Of a stretch of DNA of 64,000 nucleotides, positions 1 through 9,186 are shown piece after piece. Positions within the stretch are counted from its first letter, which is position 1, and each line of letters begins with the position of its first letter. The translations under genes and the position numbers were made by a program. The notes under the pieces are model-generated. The model made no database searches and was not told where the DNA came from. It saw only the letters and a list, made by a program, of their open reading frames with translations. The DNA lies in assembly GCA_043815665.1 (NCBI GenBank), contig JBDRIT010000025.1:145490-209489 (forward strand), in the 5' to 3' direction. The DNA is from Pseudomonadota bacterium (lineage in GTDB: Bacteria > Myxococcota_A > UBA9042 > CAIXZC01).

Positions 1-960
1 AAGGGGATCCTCAACACCGAGACCGGGCCGAACAACGTCTTCGCCCGTGAGTTCGAGGGCCGGGTCAAGGTCATCGCGTGCCTCGACGCGCTGCCGAACC
101 TCCTCTACAACGACGCGCTGGAGCTGAGCCTGAGCGGCCGTCTCTGGGACCGGGTGCGCCACGCGGTCTCTGCGGGCCCCTCGGACGCGGTGGTCCTCGT
201 CTGGGGTCCGGAGCGTGACCTCTACACCGCGGCGAGCGAGCTCCAGATCCGCGCGCGGGAGGCCACCATCGGCGTCCCCAACGAGACCCGCCGCGCCCTG
301 GCGGACGGCTCCACGGTCTTCGAGCGGATCCTGCCGGGCCCGGATCGCATGTACCCGGACACAGACCACCCCCCCGTGGCCATCGCCGATGCCCGGGTGG
401 AGAACATCCGGGCCGGCCTCCAGCCCCTCCCCTGGGAGCGGCTCGCTGCCTACGCCGCGCAGGGGCTCCCCGAGCACCTGGGGTGCCTGATGCTCCGGAG
501 CCCCCGTCGTCAGGTGTTCGAGGAGGTCCTCGCCCTGAGCGGCTGCCCGTCCGTGGTCGTCGCAGTGGTTCTCGGCCAGCTCCTCAAGGGCCTGAAGCGG
601 GCCCGGATCCCCGTGGACGCGATCCCCGACGCGCACCTCGAGGTGCTCTTCCGCCTCTTCTCCGCAGGCCGCTTCACCCGGGAGGCCTTCCCAGAGATCC
701 TCACGAGGATGGCCGCCGCACCCGACGCGGCCCCCGGGGCCGTCATCGACGCCCTGCTCCCGCAGCCACCGCCCCCGGAGACGGTGCCCGCGCTGGTACG
801 CGATGCCCTGGCCGATGGCACCTGGCGACGCGATGGCGCCCCGGCCCGGGAGTTCCTGCTGGCCATGGCCGCTGCGATGGACAGGCTCCGGGGGCTGGTC
901 CCGGGCCGCACGGTCGCCGCGCTGGTGCGCGCCACGATCTCGGAAGGGGGTGCCGCATGA
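1..960 (+). CDS. gatE: Glu-tRNA(Gln) amidotransferase subunit E-like protein (GatB/GatE family), 5'-partial; the reading frame is open from window position 1
   Basis: Frame-1 translation is open from nt 1 (KGILNTETGPNNVF...). It contains the RILPGPDRMYPDTD motif typical of the GatB/GatE catalytic core, followed by a helical, YqeY-like tail. Its stop overlaps the start of the following asparaginase-domain gene (ATGA). Confidence 0.6.
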   Translation, partial: KGILNTETGPNNVFAREFEGRVKVIACLDALPNLLYNDALELSLSGRLWDRVRHAVSAGPSDAVVLVWGPERDLYTAASELQIRAREATIGVPNETRRALADGSTVFERILPGPDRMYPDTDHPPVAIADARVENIRAGLQPLPWERLAAYAAQGLPEHLGCLMLRSPRRQVFEEVLALSGCPSVVVAVVLGQLLKGLKRARIPVDAIPDAHLEVLFRLFSAGRFTREAFPEILTRMAAAPDAAPGAVIDALLPQPPPPETVPALVRDALADGTWRRDGAPAREFLLAMAAAMDRLRGLVPGRTVAALVRATISEGGAA

Positions 961-2351
961 CGACGGAACCGAAGGACCGCTTCAAGGGATACCGGGGACC
1001 GGCCAAGGCCACCCTCGAGGAGCACGGCGTGTCCGTGTGGAGCGACGTTGAGGTCCACTCGACCCGCGGGACCTTCCGGGGGATCATCCTGCCCCGCTCG
1101 GAGTCCGCAGATCAGATCCACCTCGTGATGAAGCTCAAGAGCGGCTACAATGTCGGGATCCGCGTGGACACCATCGAGTCGATCGAGGAGCACGGCTACC
1201 GCGAGGCCCACTACAAGATCCCCGAGAAGGCCTTTCCTTACGAGGAATCGAAGCCGAACATCATCCTCTTCGGGACCGGCGGCACCATCGCCAGTCGCCT
1301 GGACTACCGCACCGGCGCAGTGATCCCGGCCTTCTCCCCCGGGGAGCTGTACGGCTCCGTCCCGGAGCTCGCTGACATCTGCAACCTGGAGACGATCAAG
1401 CTCTACGGCGTCTTCTCCGAGAACATGGGGCCGGAGCAGTACATCGGCCTCGCGAAGGCCATCGGGAAGGCCATCGAGGACGGCAAGGACGGCGTGGTCA
1501 TCGGGCACGGCACGGACACCATGCACCACACCGCGGCGATCCTGTCCTTCATGGTCCAGGACTCGCCCATCCCCATCGTCCTCGTCGGGTCCCAGCGGTC
1601 AAGCGACCGTCCCTCGTCGGACGCCGCGCTCAACCTCATCAACGCGACGAAGACCGCCGCAGAGAGCGACATCGCCGAGGTGATGATCTGCATGTTCGGC
1701 CCGACGAGTGATGAGTACTGCCTCCTTCACCGAGGGACCCGGGTGAGGAAGATGCACTCGAGCTACCGCTCCACGTTCCGCACCATCGGCGACATCCCCA
1801 TCGGCATGGTGGACCCGGAGGACATCGTCACGTTTCGGGACGACTACAAGCGCCGCCGCACGGACCGCAACGTCATCCTCAACCCGGTCTATGACGACCG
1901 GGTGTCCATCGTGTACTACTACCCCGGCATGAAGCCGGACATCGTGGACTCGCTGATCAACAACGGCTATCGCGGCATCGTGATCGCAGGCACGGGGCTC
2001 GGGCACATGAACAAGCCCCTCTACAAGGCCCTGCGACGCGCCACGGACGAGGGCGTCCAGGTGTACATGACGGTCCAGACCCTCTGGGGCTACGTCCAGA
2101 TGTACGTCTACGAGACCGGGCGGGAGATGATGGATCTCGGCGTCATCCCTGCGGCGAACATGCTCCCCGAGGTCGCCCTCATGAAGCTCTCCTGGGCCCT
2201 GGCCCAATCCGAAGACCGGGAGGAGATCCGGCGCATCATGCTCACCCCCATCGCGGGGGAGATCACCGAGCGTGAGCCCCACGACGGGTACCTGATCCTC
2301 CAGGGAGGGCTCCCCGAGGTGGACGAGTTCTTCGCCCACCACCGAAAGTAG
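957..2351 (+). CDS. gatD: Glu-tRNA(Gln) amidotransferase subunit D (N-terminal domain plus type I L-asparaginase domain)
   Basis: The ATG at 957 overlaps the gatE stop (ATGA). A ~85-aa N-terminal domain precedes an asparaginase fold with the TGGTIA (ILFGTGGTIASRLD) and HGTDTM motifs. The 483..956 portion of the track ORF is an upstream extension in the gatE region. Confidence 0.75.
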   Translation: MTTEPKDRFKGYRGPAKATLEEHGVSVWSDVEVHSTRGTFRGIILPRSESADQIHLVMKLKSGYNVGIRVDTIESIEEHGYREAHYKIPEKAFPYEESKPNIILFGTGGTIASRLDYRTGAVIPAFSPGELYGSVPELADICNLETIKLYGVFSENMGPEQYIGLAKAIGKAIEDGKDGVVIGHGTDTMHHTAAILSFMVQDSPIPIVLVGSQRSSDRPSSDAALNLINATKTAAESDIAEVMICMFGPTSDEYCLLHRGTRVRKMHSSYRSTFRTIGDIPIGMVDPEDIVTFRDDYKRRRTDRNVILNPVYDDRVSIVYYYPGMKPDIVDSLINNGYRGIVIAGTGLGHMNKPLYKALRRATDEGVQVYMTVQTLWGYVQMYVYETGREMMDLGVIPAANMLPEVALMKLSWALAQSEDREEIRRIMLTPIAGEITEREPHDGYLILQGGLPEVDEFFAHHRK

Positions 2352-2362
2352 GTTTCTCCCCC

Positions 2363-2399
2363 CGCACGAGGGGCTTTCCAGCCCCGATTCCCTCGTGCG
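2363..2399 (+). terminator. Stem-loop downstream of gatD (10-bp perfect stem cgcacgaggg / ccctcgtgcg, 17-nt loop); there is no U-tract
   Basis: Inverted repeat read directly from the sequence 12 nt after the gatD stop codon. Confidence 0.25.
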
Positions 2400-2512
2400 C
2401 GCGCCCGGAAGACCCCTTGCGAAGCCATTGTTGTTCCGCTACCCTCTGGCATCCTGGAATGCGTGTACAGCTTTGGTTTGATGTCCTGATCGATGCGAAA
2501 GGTGGTCTGACA

Positions 2513-4702
2513 ATGAAGACGCTCACAACGACCCTCCTGGCCCTCCTGGTGACCCTGGCGCTGGCCATCCCCGCCGCGGCGCAGCCGGCCCCCTCGGACG
2601 ACGCCAAGACCCCGGCCGTTGACGCCGCTGCCCCCGCGGACGACACCGTCGCCGACGACGCCGGGGAGCCCGAAGAGGCGCCGGTGCCCAAGAAGCCCAC
2701 CCGGCGCCCCTACTCCACCGACGAGTACCTCCTGGAGGACATCTCGGACATCAAGATCCAGGAACAGAAGCAGATGACCCCGCTGCGGGAGTCCTACATC
2801 GAGAAGACCGTCGCGCTCCTGGAGAGCACCCCCAACCATCCCATGGCCGCGGATCTCCACTTCCGGGTCGGGGAGTACATGACCCAGAACATCGAGTTCC
2901 AGTTCAAGCTCCAGGTGCTGCAGTACAAGAAGGACCTGGCCCTCTTCAAGGCGGGCACCATCTCCACGAAGCCCGAGCTCCCCAGCCAGGACTATTCGAA
3001 GACCCTGCCGTACTACAAGAAGATCCTGCGGGAGTTCGGGGACTACCCCAAGGCCGAGGAGGTGTACTACTACCTCGGCCGCAACGGCCTCGAGACCGGC
3101 AAGTCCCTCGGCAAGGACAAGCTCCTGGACGAGTCCGTGGGCTACCTGGACAAGTTCACGAAGCTCTTCCCGGAGAGCAAGTACCGGGCCAAGGCCCTCT
3201 TCATGCTGGGCGAGTTCCACTTCAACCAGAACAAGCTCGCCGAGGCGCTGAACGACTACAAGGATCTGGTGGAGAACCACAAGGACGCGCCGATGTACGA
3301 CTACGCCCACTACAAGCTGGGCTGGGTCTACTACAACTACCAGCAGTACGACCAGGTCCTCCCCATCTACCAGGTGGTCCTCCAGGGCCAGAAGGACAAG
3401 GGGCTCCAGGACGGAGAGCTCTACAAGCAGGTCCTCAACGACTACGTGATCACGGTCTCCGAGGCGGGCAATGGCTGGACCGAGGCCAGGGATTTCCTGG
3501 TCGAGCAGGTCGGTGAGGAGCGGGCCTACAAGGAACTCCACCGCATCGCGGAGGTCATGGGTCAGAAGGACTTCTCCGACGACGCGATCTCCCTGTACCA
3601 GCACTTCATCTCCCTGGATCCCAACGCCAAGATCGTCATGGACTACTGGGACAACATCCTCGGCATCGCCCGCTTCAGCCTCAGCTACGAGGAGGCCGAG
3701 GATCTGATCCGCCAGATGAACCAGTTCTTCCGCCCCGACGGTCCCTTCACGAGCAAGAACGCGGACAAGGAGTCCACGGACCGCGTCCACGACCTCATCG
3801 TCAAGTGGGACCTCTTCGCTGCGGCCTACTTCCTCGAGGAGGCCATGTTCCGCGGCAAGGACGAGGAGTTCTATCTCCGCTCCATCACCGGTTTCCGTGA
3901 GATCCTCCGGGCCGGCGCCGGGATGCGGGTCGAGCAGGCCTGGGCAGGGATCGTGCTGGCCTACGCCGGCCTCCTCAAGGACCGCAGCGGCGGCGAGATC
4001 ATCTGGACGGCGGAGAACGTCATGGGCCTGGCGGTGCAGGGCAACTACGCCCTCCCCAAGGCGCGCAAGGCCCGCGCCTACAACGAATCCGCCGAGGGAC
4101 TCGTGAATGCGTACAAGGAGTGGCTCGCCGTACCGAACCGGAAGGGGCAGAAGCCTGACCTCCTGGCCATGAGGAAGATGGACATGCAGTCCATGATCTT
4201 CCACTTCGCGACCCTGATCCAGTACCAGTATGGCCAGTTCGCCGACATGCTCGCCACGGTGGACGCGCACCTGGCCTACGCCCCGACGAGCGAGTTCCTG
4301 GGGCACGAGGTCTGGATGATCGCCGACGCCTCCACCCGGGCGACGGACTGGGCCGGCCTCGAGGTTCGCATGAAGGGCCTGCTCAACGCCGGGAACCTGA
4401 AGATCTCCCCGAAGGCCGAGCTCCTCAAGCACTACTGCACCGGCGCCATCGAACGGGGCCGGGTCCTGGCGGACGCGGGCAAGACCGCGGACGCGATGGC
4501 CAAGCTCGCCGAGGCAGGGAAGGCCTGCGTCGAGGACGAGGACAAGGCCGGCGAGGCCTACCACCGCCTCGGTGAGGTCGCCGAGGCCGCGGGCCAGTTC
4601 GACAAGGCCCGGGAGGCCTACGGCAAGGTCCTCAGCGACTTCGGAAAATCCCGGTTCCGCAGCATGGCGTCCCGGGGCGCCGGCCGGGTCCGGAACAAGT
4701 AG
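2513..4702 (+). CDS. Secreted TPR-repeat protein
   Basis: The ATG at 2513 is preceded by aaaggtgg. Signal peptide MKTLTTTLLALLVTLALAIPAAAQ. The sequence shows TPR-like helical repeats rich in Y/W/K (YYYLGR, HYKLGWVYYNYQQYDQ). The upstream 32 codons of the track ORF are discarded. Confidence 0.7.
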   Translation: MKTLTTTLLALLVTLALAIPAAAQPAPSDDAKTPAVDAAAPADDTVADDAGEPEEAPVPKKPTRRPYSTDEYLLEDISDIKIQEQKQMTPLRESYIEKTVALLESTPNHPMAADLHFRVGEYMTQNIEFQFKLQVLQYKKDLALFKAGTISTKPELPSQDYSKTLPYYKKILREFGDYPKAEEVYYYLGRNGLETGKSLGKDKLLDESVGYLDKFTKLFPESKYRAKALFMLGEFHFNQNKLAEALNDYKDLVENHKDAPMYDYAHYKLGWVYYNYQQYDQVLPIYQVVLQGQKDKGLQDGELYKQVLNDYVITVSEAGNGWTEARDFLVEQVGEERAYKELHRIAEVMGQKDFSDDAISLYQHFISLDPNAKIVMDYWDNILGIARFSLSYEEAEDLIRQMNQFFRPDGPFTSKNADKESTDRVHDLIVKWDLFAAAYFLEEAMFRGKDEEFYLRSITGFREILRAGAGMRVEQAWAGIVLAYAGLLKDRSGGEIIWTAENVMGLAVQGNYALPKARKARAYNESAEGLVNAYKEWLAVPNRKGQKPDLLAMRKMDMQSMIFHFATLIQYQYGQFADMLATVDAHLAYAPTSEFLGHEVWMIADASTRATDWAGLEVRMKGLLNAGNLKISPKAELLKHYCTGAIERGRVLADAGKTADAMAKLAEAGKACVEDEDKAGEAYHRLGEVAEAAGQFDKAREAYGKVLSDFGKSRFRSMASRGAGRVRNK

Positions 4703-4715
4703 GCGGTGGCGACCG

Positions 4716-5855
4716 ATGATGCACAGAACACTCCTCGTGGCCACAGCCCTCGCCGCGATGCTCCTCTCCCCGGGCTGCGACTCCGGTCCAGGTGGCGGGA
4801 GCGAGGACGACGACACGGCGGCCCGGGGGGACACCACGGCGACCGACGGAGCCGGCGGCGGTGAAGACACGGGTGCCGGCGCGGACGTGGGCGGGCTGCC
4901 CGATCCTCCCGGCGCGCCCGTGACCCTGGACAACGGCACCTTCGCGTGGTCCATGGGAAACCGGAAGCTGACCTTCGCGGTCCACGACGGCACCGTGCTC
5001 CTCCTGGAGACCTGGTTCGACTGCGTCGGCGACACGGCCTGCAAGATCCAGAACGACGTGGCCAAGATGACCTGCAACGCGGCCTTCGAGAAGGGGTACA
5101 CAGCGACCGTCTCGGACAACATGTTCGTCATCGCCGGGATCAAGAAGACCGACACCCTCACCGCGGTGCTCTGGGACAACACCACGGTGAAGTTCGAGGT
5201 CTCCGTGGATCCCGGGTTCTGCTGCTCCTCGAAGTTCTATGGTGAGGCCAAGTGGGCCGCGTCGGAGGACTGCGCGGGGTTCGAGGTCAAGGACTGCGAC
5301 CCCTACACCGACGCGGAGTGCCCCGTCGGACAGAACTGCATCTTCGGCGTGAACGAGACCCCCATCTGCGTCCCTGCCGGGGAGAAGCAGGTCGGCGACG
5401 AATGCTCCAACCAGAACCAGTGCGCCGACGGCGTCTGCATGTCCATCCAGAGCGTCGAGGGGCAGCGCTGCTTCACGTACTGCCAGACCGACGGCGACTG
5501 CGGCGGCGGGATCCAGTGCCTGGGCCTCGAGGGCAAGGACTGGCAGATCTGCGGCCTCGACGCGGACGAGTACGAGACCTGCAACCTCCTCTCCCAGAAC
5601 TGCGAGAGCCCGGCCCACGGGTGCTACTGGGCCGCCAGCCCCATCAACCAGCCCATCTGCCTCCCCGCCGGCGCCGGCGAGAAGAAGGAGGACTGCGGCA
5701 CCTCCTCGGATTGCCTCAAGGGCCTCGACTGCCTCAACAACGGCAAGTGCTACCAGATCTGCAACACCGCCGGGGGCGAGCCATCCTGTGAGAGCCCGTT
5801 CACCAGCTGCGTCGCCAGCTACCCGAACCAGGGCGCCGGTTGGTGTGACGAGTAG
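4716..5855 (+). CDS. Cys-rich lipoprotein (hypothetical)
   Basis: MMHRTLLVATALAAMLLSPGC lipobox, 14 nt after the TPR gene stop. The C-terminal half holds ~30 Cys in knot-like spacing. Confidence 0.65.
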   Translation: MMHRTLLVATALAAMLLSPGCDSGPGGGSEDDDTAARGDTTATDGAGGGEDTGAGADVGGLPDPPGAPVTLDNGTFAWSMGNRKLTFAVHDGTVLLLETWFDCVGDTACKIQNDVAKMTCNAAFEKGYTATVSDNMFVIAGIKKTDTLTAVLWDNTTVKFEVSVDPGFCCSSKFYGEAKWAASEDCAGFEVKDCDPYTDAECPVGQNCIFGVNETPICVPAGEKQVGDECSNQNQCADGVCMSIQSVEGQRCFTYCQTDGDCGGGIQCLGLEGKDWQICGLDADEYETCNLLSQNCESPAHGCYWAASPINQPICLPAGAGEKKEDCGTSSDCLKGLDCLNNGKCYQICNTAGGEPSCESPFTSCVASYPNQGAGWCDE

Positions 5856-5940
5856 TTCCTTCGACACAGGGCTTCGTTCCGGTTGACGCCCCGAGCCGCC
5901 CCGACTATTATTGCAGCGCCCGACAGCAACGGAGGAGCCC

Positions 5941-6120
5941 ATGGAGATTCGCAAGAGCCAGTCGTTCACCCTCGGAGAGGTCGCCATCGCGCTGGAGGTG
6001 CTGAAGACTGCGATGCGGAACAAGGATCTGAAGATCTTCGTGCAGCGGGAAGACTACGTCACCCTGTATCGGAAGTTCGTCCGGATGATGGAAAAGATGA
6101 ACCCTGACAACAAGAAGTGA
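5941..6120 (+). CDS. Small hypothetical protein (59 aa)
   Basis: The ATG is preceded by acggagg. MEIRKSQSFTLGEVAIALEVLK... No recognisable domain. Confidence 0.4.
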   Translation: MEIRKSQSFTLGEVAIALEVLKTAMRNKDLKIFVQREDYVTLYRKFVRMMEKMNPDNKK

Positions 6121-6129
6121 TGACGTCCT

Positions 6130-7119
6130 TCAGCGCTTGGCGCGGCCTGCCGACTCTGGGGGTCCGTCGTCCAGCGTGGTCTGGTTCCTGCCCTCCTGTT
6201 TGCTGACATAGAGTCGTCGGTCGGCCCTCTCGAGGACGGTCTCCTGAGTGTCCCCCGCTACCACCATGCAGCCCCCCAGTGACACCGTGAGGTGGAGCCT
6301 GGCACCCCGCCACCGGATCACCGCCCGCTCCACCTCCGACCGGAGCTTCTCGGCCACCATGCCCAGGTCATGGCGGTCGAGATCCGAGAGCACGAACAGG
6401 AACTCCTCGCCGCCCCAGCGTGCGACGGCGTCCACGGCGCGCAGCGCCGATGAGAAGATCCGACCCACGGTGCGCAGGACCTCGTCTCCCGCCGGGTGGC
6501 CGTGGACGTCATTGACGTGCTTGAAGTGGTCCAGGTCTGCCATGAGGATCCCCGAGCGTCCGCTGGTCTCGGTCAGGTCCTGGAGACGCAGCGCGAGGAT
6601 CGCCTCGCCATAGCGGCGGTTGCCCAGGCCGGTGACGGGATCGATGAGGGCCAGGCGCCTCAGCTCGGACAGATGCTTCTTCCGTACCATGCCGAGGCGG
6701 TTGTCGGAGATGATCTCCAGCACCCCCTGGTACTCGTCGGATCCAAGGATGGTGCAGGTGCGTGCGATGACGGGAACGCGGCGTCCCTGGCGGTGCTGGA
6801 CGTAGACCAGGGCCTCTCGGATCCCGCAGCTCCGCCCCACGGCGGCCTGCACCAGGCACTCCCGCCTGGGGCAGAGGGGCTGGCCGCGGTAGTCGTGGTG
6901 GCGGATCACCTCGCAGCACTCGACCCCGATGACCTCGGATGCCCGGAACCCCGTGATCCGCTCAGCGCCGCGGTTCCAAAAGGCGATGCACCCGTCGGGA
7001 CCCACGAGGAACACCCCGTCGAAGAGCCCGTCCAGGAGGTTCAGCTGCATCACCACCCGCTGCGGCACGGGAGGGGCCACAGATCTCCCGTTGGACATCG
7101 CTGTCTTTTCCTCTGCCAT
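6130..7119 (-). CDS. PAS-domain diguanylate cyclase (GGDEF; GGEEF active-site motif)
   Basis: PAS-like N-terminus (FWNRGAERITGFRASEVIG) and GGDEF domain (RWGGEEFLFVL, DHFKHVNDVHGHPAGDEVL). Start chosen at MAEEKTAM; an alternative start 7 codons downstream is possible. Confidence 0.75.
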   Translation of the reverse strand: MAEEKTAMSNGRSVAPPVPQRVVMQLNLLDGLFDGVFLVGPDGCIAFWNRGAERITGFRASEVIGVECCEVIRHHDYRGQPLCPRRECLVQAAVGRSCGIREALVYVQHRQGRRVPVIARTCTILGSDEYQGVLEIISDNRLGMVRKKHLSELRRLALIDPVTGLGNRRYGEAILALRLQDLTETSGRSGILMADLDHFKHVNDVHGHPAGDEVLRTVGRIFSSALRAVDAVARWGGEEFLFVLSDLDRHDLGMVAEKLRSEVERAVIRWRGARLHLTVSLGGCMVVAGDTQETVLERADRRLYVSKQEGRNQTTLDDGPPESAGRAKR

Positions 7120-7189
7120 CTGTCGTTCTCTGTTCGGTTTCCCACCCCATGGTAGCCCAAGCCGATGGTCACGAAAAGCGGAATGTGGT

Positions 7190-8797
7190 ATGCAGCGGGA
7201 CATGACGGGAACCTACCAGAGTCTCTGGGCGAGCTTCACGGCGGAGGCGGAGATCGGGGACCGCTGGCTCGGGGTCCTCGATGCCTTCGACGATGGCGAC
7301 GAGACCCCGGCCCCCGGGGACGGCACCTTCCCTGGTCTCGAGGGCGCGCAGGCGGCGACCCTCGACGCGCTCCCCGACGAGATCGCCCGTCGCCTCGCCG
7401 ACGAGGTCGATCCGGGCCAGGCAGCCATGTTCGCGCGCCGGTTCCAGGCGGTGGTCGCGCTCCTCGACCGGCTGTCTGCGACCCGCCCCGAGGCGCGGCT
7501 CCTGCGCTCCGGGCTCGTCACCCGCGCAGACGGGATCCTCCACGCCCCCCCTCCCCTGGCGCTGCGCATCCGCTCCCTGGTGGACTTCTACTACTCCAAC
7601 GCGGCGGTGCTCCATCACCAGGAACGCCTCGCTTCCGCGGGCCAGACCCCGCGACCGCTGGCGGCGCTGATGGAGGCGGCGCCCTGGCAGAAGGTCTCCC
7701 CCGGCCTGTTCCATCGCCGCATCGCCGGGGATGGACCCCAGGGACCGGTCCACGTCAACGCGCTGCGCTTCGATCCCCGACGATTCACCTTCCGGACCAT
7801 GGATCTCCTCGAACAGGGGCGGTCGAAAGAGCCCTTCGGCGAGGTCGCCCGCGACGCAGGCGCGATCGCAGCGATCTCGGGCGGGTTCTTCCTCTACTCC
7901 GAGCACGACATCGAGCCGCCGTGTCAGCGCTACGACCCCGTGGGGATGCTGGTCTCCGCTGGCGCCGTGCGCTGGCCCCCGGTGTTCCGCCGCGGCGCCT
8001 TCCTCCAGGATGCCCGGGGTCACTGCCACATCCGGGAGGTGAGCCTGGCGGGGACCGTGATCCGCGGCGCCGCGGACCTCCTCGTGGCGGCCGTGAACCC
8101 GCGGATCCGGCGCGTGGAGGCACCCACCGCGTTCACCCGGGTGTGGAGCACGACGGTCCTGCACCCGGGGCCGTCCCTGACCTTCTACCGGGGGACGGTG
8201 ACCTCTCGAGGAGACGGCGGGGCCCACCCGATCCCCCTCAACGGCTTCGTGCTCTGCCTCCCGGACCGTCCTGAATGGCGCGGCCTCGCCGATGCGTTCC
8301 CCGTGGGCTCCGAGGTCACCTACCTCCTCCCGGACCACGGCGGCGCCGCGCCGATCCGGGACGCGGTTGCCGCGGGTCCCGTGCTGGTGCGCGGCGGACA
8401 CCGGGTCCTCGATCTCGAGGGGGAGGACTTCGTCCCGGGGGTCCCGCCGGCCACCTTCAGCGGCGACGAGACCTCCGACCGCAACCTCCTGCCCCGCCTG
8501 GCCGCCGGCCTCACAGCGAACCACGACGTGGTCTTCGCCGCTGTAGACGGCCGGAACTTCGGGGCGGCCCTCGGCATGACCCTCCGAGACACCGCCAGAC
8601 TCATGGTCGCCCTCGGCTGCGTCGACGCGGTCAACCTCGACGGCGGATCGTCGAAGCGCATGGTGCTCCAGGGACAGGTGCTGGACCTGGCGACCACGGA
8701 GGTCGTCGGTCAGGACGCACCACAGGATGAACAGCCGACGCGGCCGGTGCACACGGGGCTCTTCGTCTTCGACGAGTCGATGGACAATGGGTCATAA
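7190..8797 (+). CDS. Phosphodiester glycosidase family protein (DUF2233/NAGPA-like C-terminal domain)
   Basis: C-terminal GPVLVRGG...DVVFAAVDGRNFGAALGMTLRDTARLMVALGCVDAVNLDGGSS. The start was moved to the ATG at 7190 to clear the convergent GGDEF gene. Confidence 0.55.
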   Translation: MQRDMTGTYQSLWASFTAEAEIGDRWLGVLDAFDDGDETPAPGDGTFPGLEGAQAATLDALPDEIARRLADEVDPGQAAMFARRFQAVVALLDRLSATRPEARLLRSGLVTRADGILHAPPPLALRIRSLVDFYYSNAAVLHHQERLASAGQTPRPLAALMEAAPWQKVSPGLFHRRIAGDGPQGPVHVNALRFDPRRFTFRTMDLLEQGRSKEPFGEVARDAGAIAAISGGFFLYSEHDIEPPCQRYDPVGMLVSAGAVRWPPVFRRGAFLQDARGHCHIREVSLAGTVIRGAADLLVAAVNPRIRRVEAPTAFTRVWSTTVLHPGPSLTFYRGTVTSRGDGGAHPIPLNGFVLCLPDRPEWRGLADAFPVGSEVTYLLPDHGGAAPIRDAVAAGPVLVRGGHRVLDLEGEDFVPGVPPATFSGDETSDRNLLPRLAAGLTANHDVVFAAVDGRNFGAALGMTLRDTARLMVALGCVDAVNLDGGSSKRMVLQGQVLDLATTEVVGQDAPQDEQPTRPVHTGLFVFDESMDNGS

Positions 8798-9148
8798 GTG
8801 ATCTCCGTCGTGATGCCGGCCTATCAACACGGGGAGCGCCTTCCCCGCGCGGTTGAAGACATCCAGAAGCAGACCTTCGTGGACCTGGAGCTGATCGTCG
8901 TCGATGACGGATCGACGGATGGGACCGGGGAGATCCTGGCGGGGGTCGCGGCAGCAGACCGGCGCGTGCGGGTGGTGGCGCTGGAACATGTGGGGCTGCT
9001 GGAGGCGCTGCGGGCGGGGGTCAATGCCGCGCACGGGGACCTCCCCATTCTCGTGGGCATCGGCGTCCGCGCCGCGAAGCCCCTCGTCCGCAGGCACATG
9101 GAGTCCCTCTCGCGGGTCGAGGGCGCGGACTGGATCTTCATCGCCTAG
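8798..9148 (+). CDS. Family 2 glycosyltransferase, N-terminal fragment (116 aa; probable truncated remnant)
   Basis: GTG immediately after the upstream TAA. ISVVMPAYQ...LELIVVDDGSTDGTGEIL is a GT2 N-terminus, but the ORF terminates before the DxD/catalytic region. Confidence 0.4.
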   Translation: MISVVMPAYQHGERLPRAVEDIQKQTFVDLELIVVDDGSTDGTGEILAGVAAADRRVRVVALEHVGLLEALRAGVNAAHGDLPILVGIGVRAAKPLVRRHMESLSRVEGADWIFIA

Positions 9149-9186
9149 CCAAGTACCATTCGGCCGTCACAGACACGGAGGTTCCC

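Noticed and set aside
483-956. N-terminal 158 codons of the 483..2351 ORF
   Set aside because: They overlap the gatE reading frame. The asparaginase-domain protein starts at the ATG at 957, which overlaps the gatE stop codon.
2108-5185. 1025-aa minus-strand ORF (and similar long ORFs at 11904..13961 +, 24429..26270 -, 36857..39025 +, 41141..44653 +, 44708..47296 +, 55268..57745 +, 55467..57044 -, 60324..61808 -)
   Set aside because: These are antisense or out-of-frame to well-supported genes. They are low-complexity, rich in Arg/Gly/Pro/Ala, and have no RBS. This is the stop-codon-poor artefact typical of ~68% GC DNA.
5883-6107. Alternative 74-aa ORF overlapping the small protein gene
   Set aside because: It lies in a different frame with Arg/Gly-rich composition and no RBS. 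The 5941..6120 frame has the better start context and more protein-like composition.
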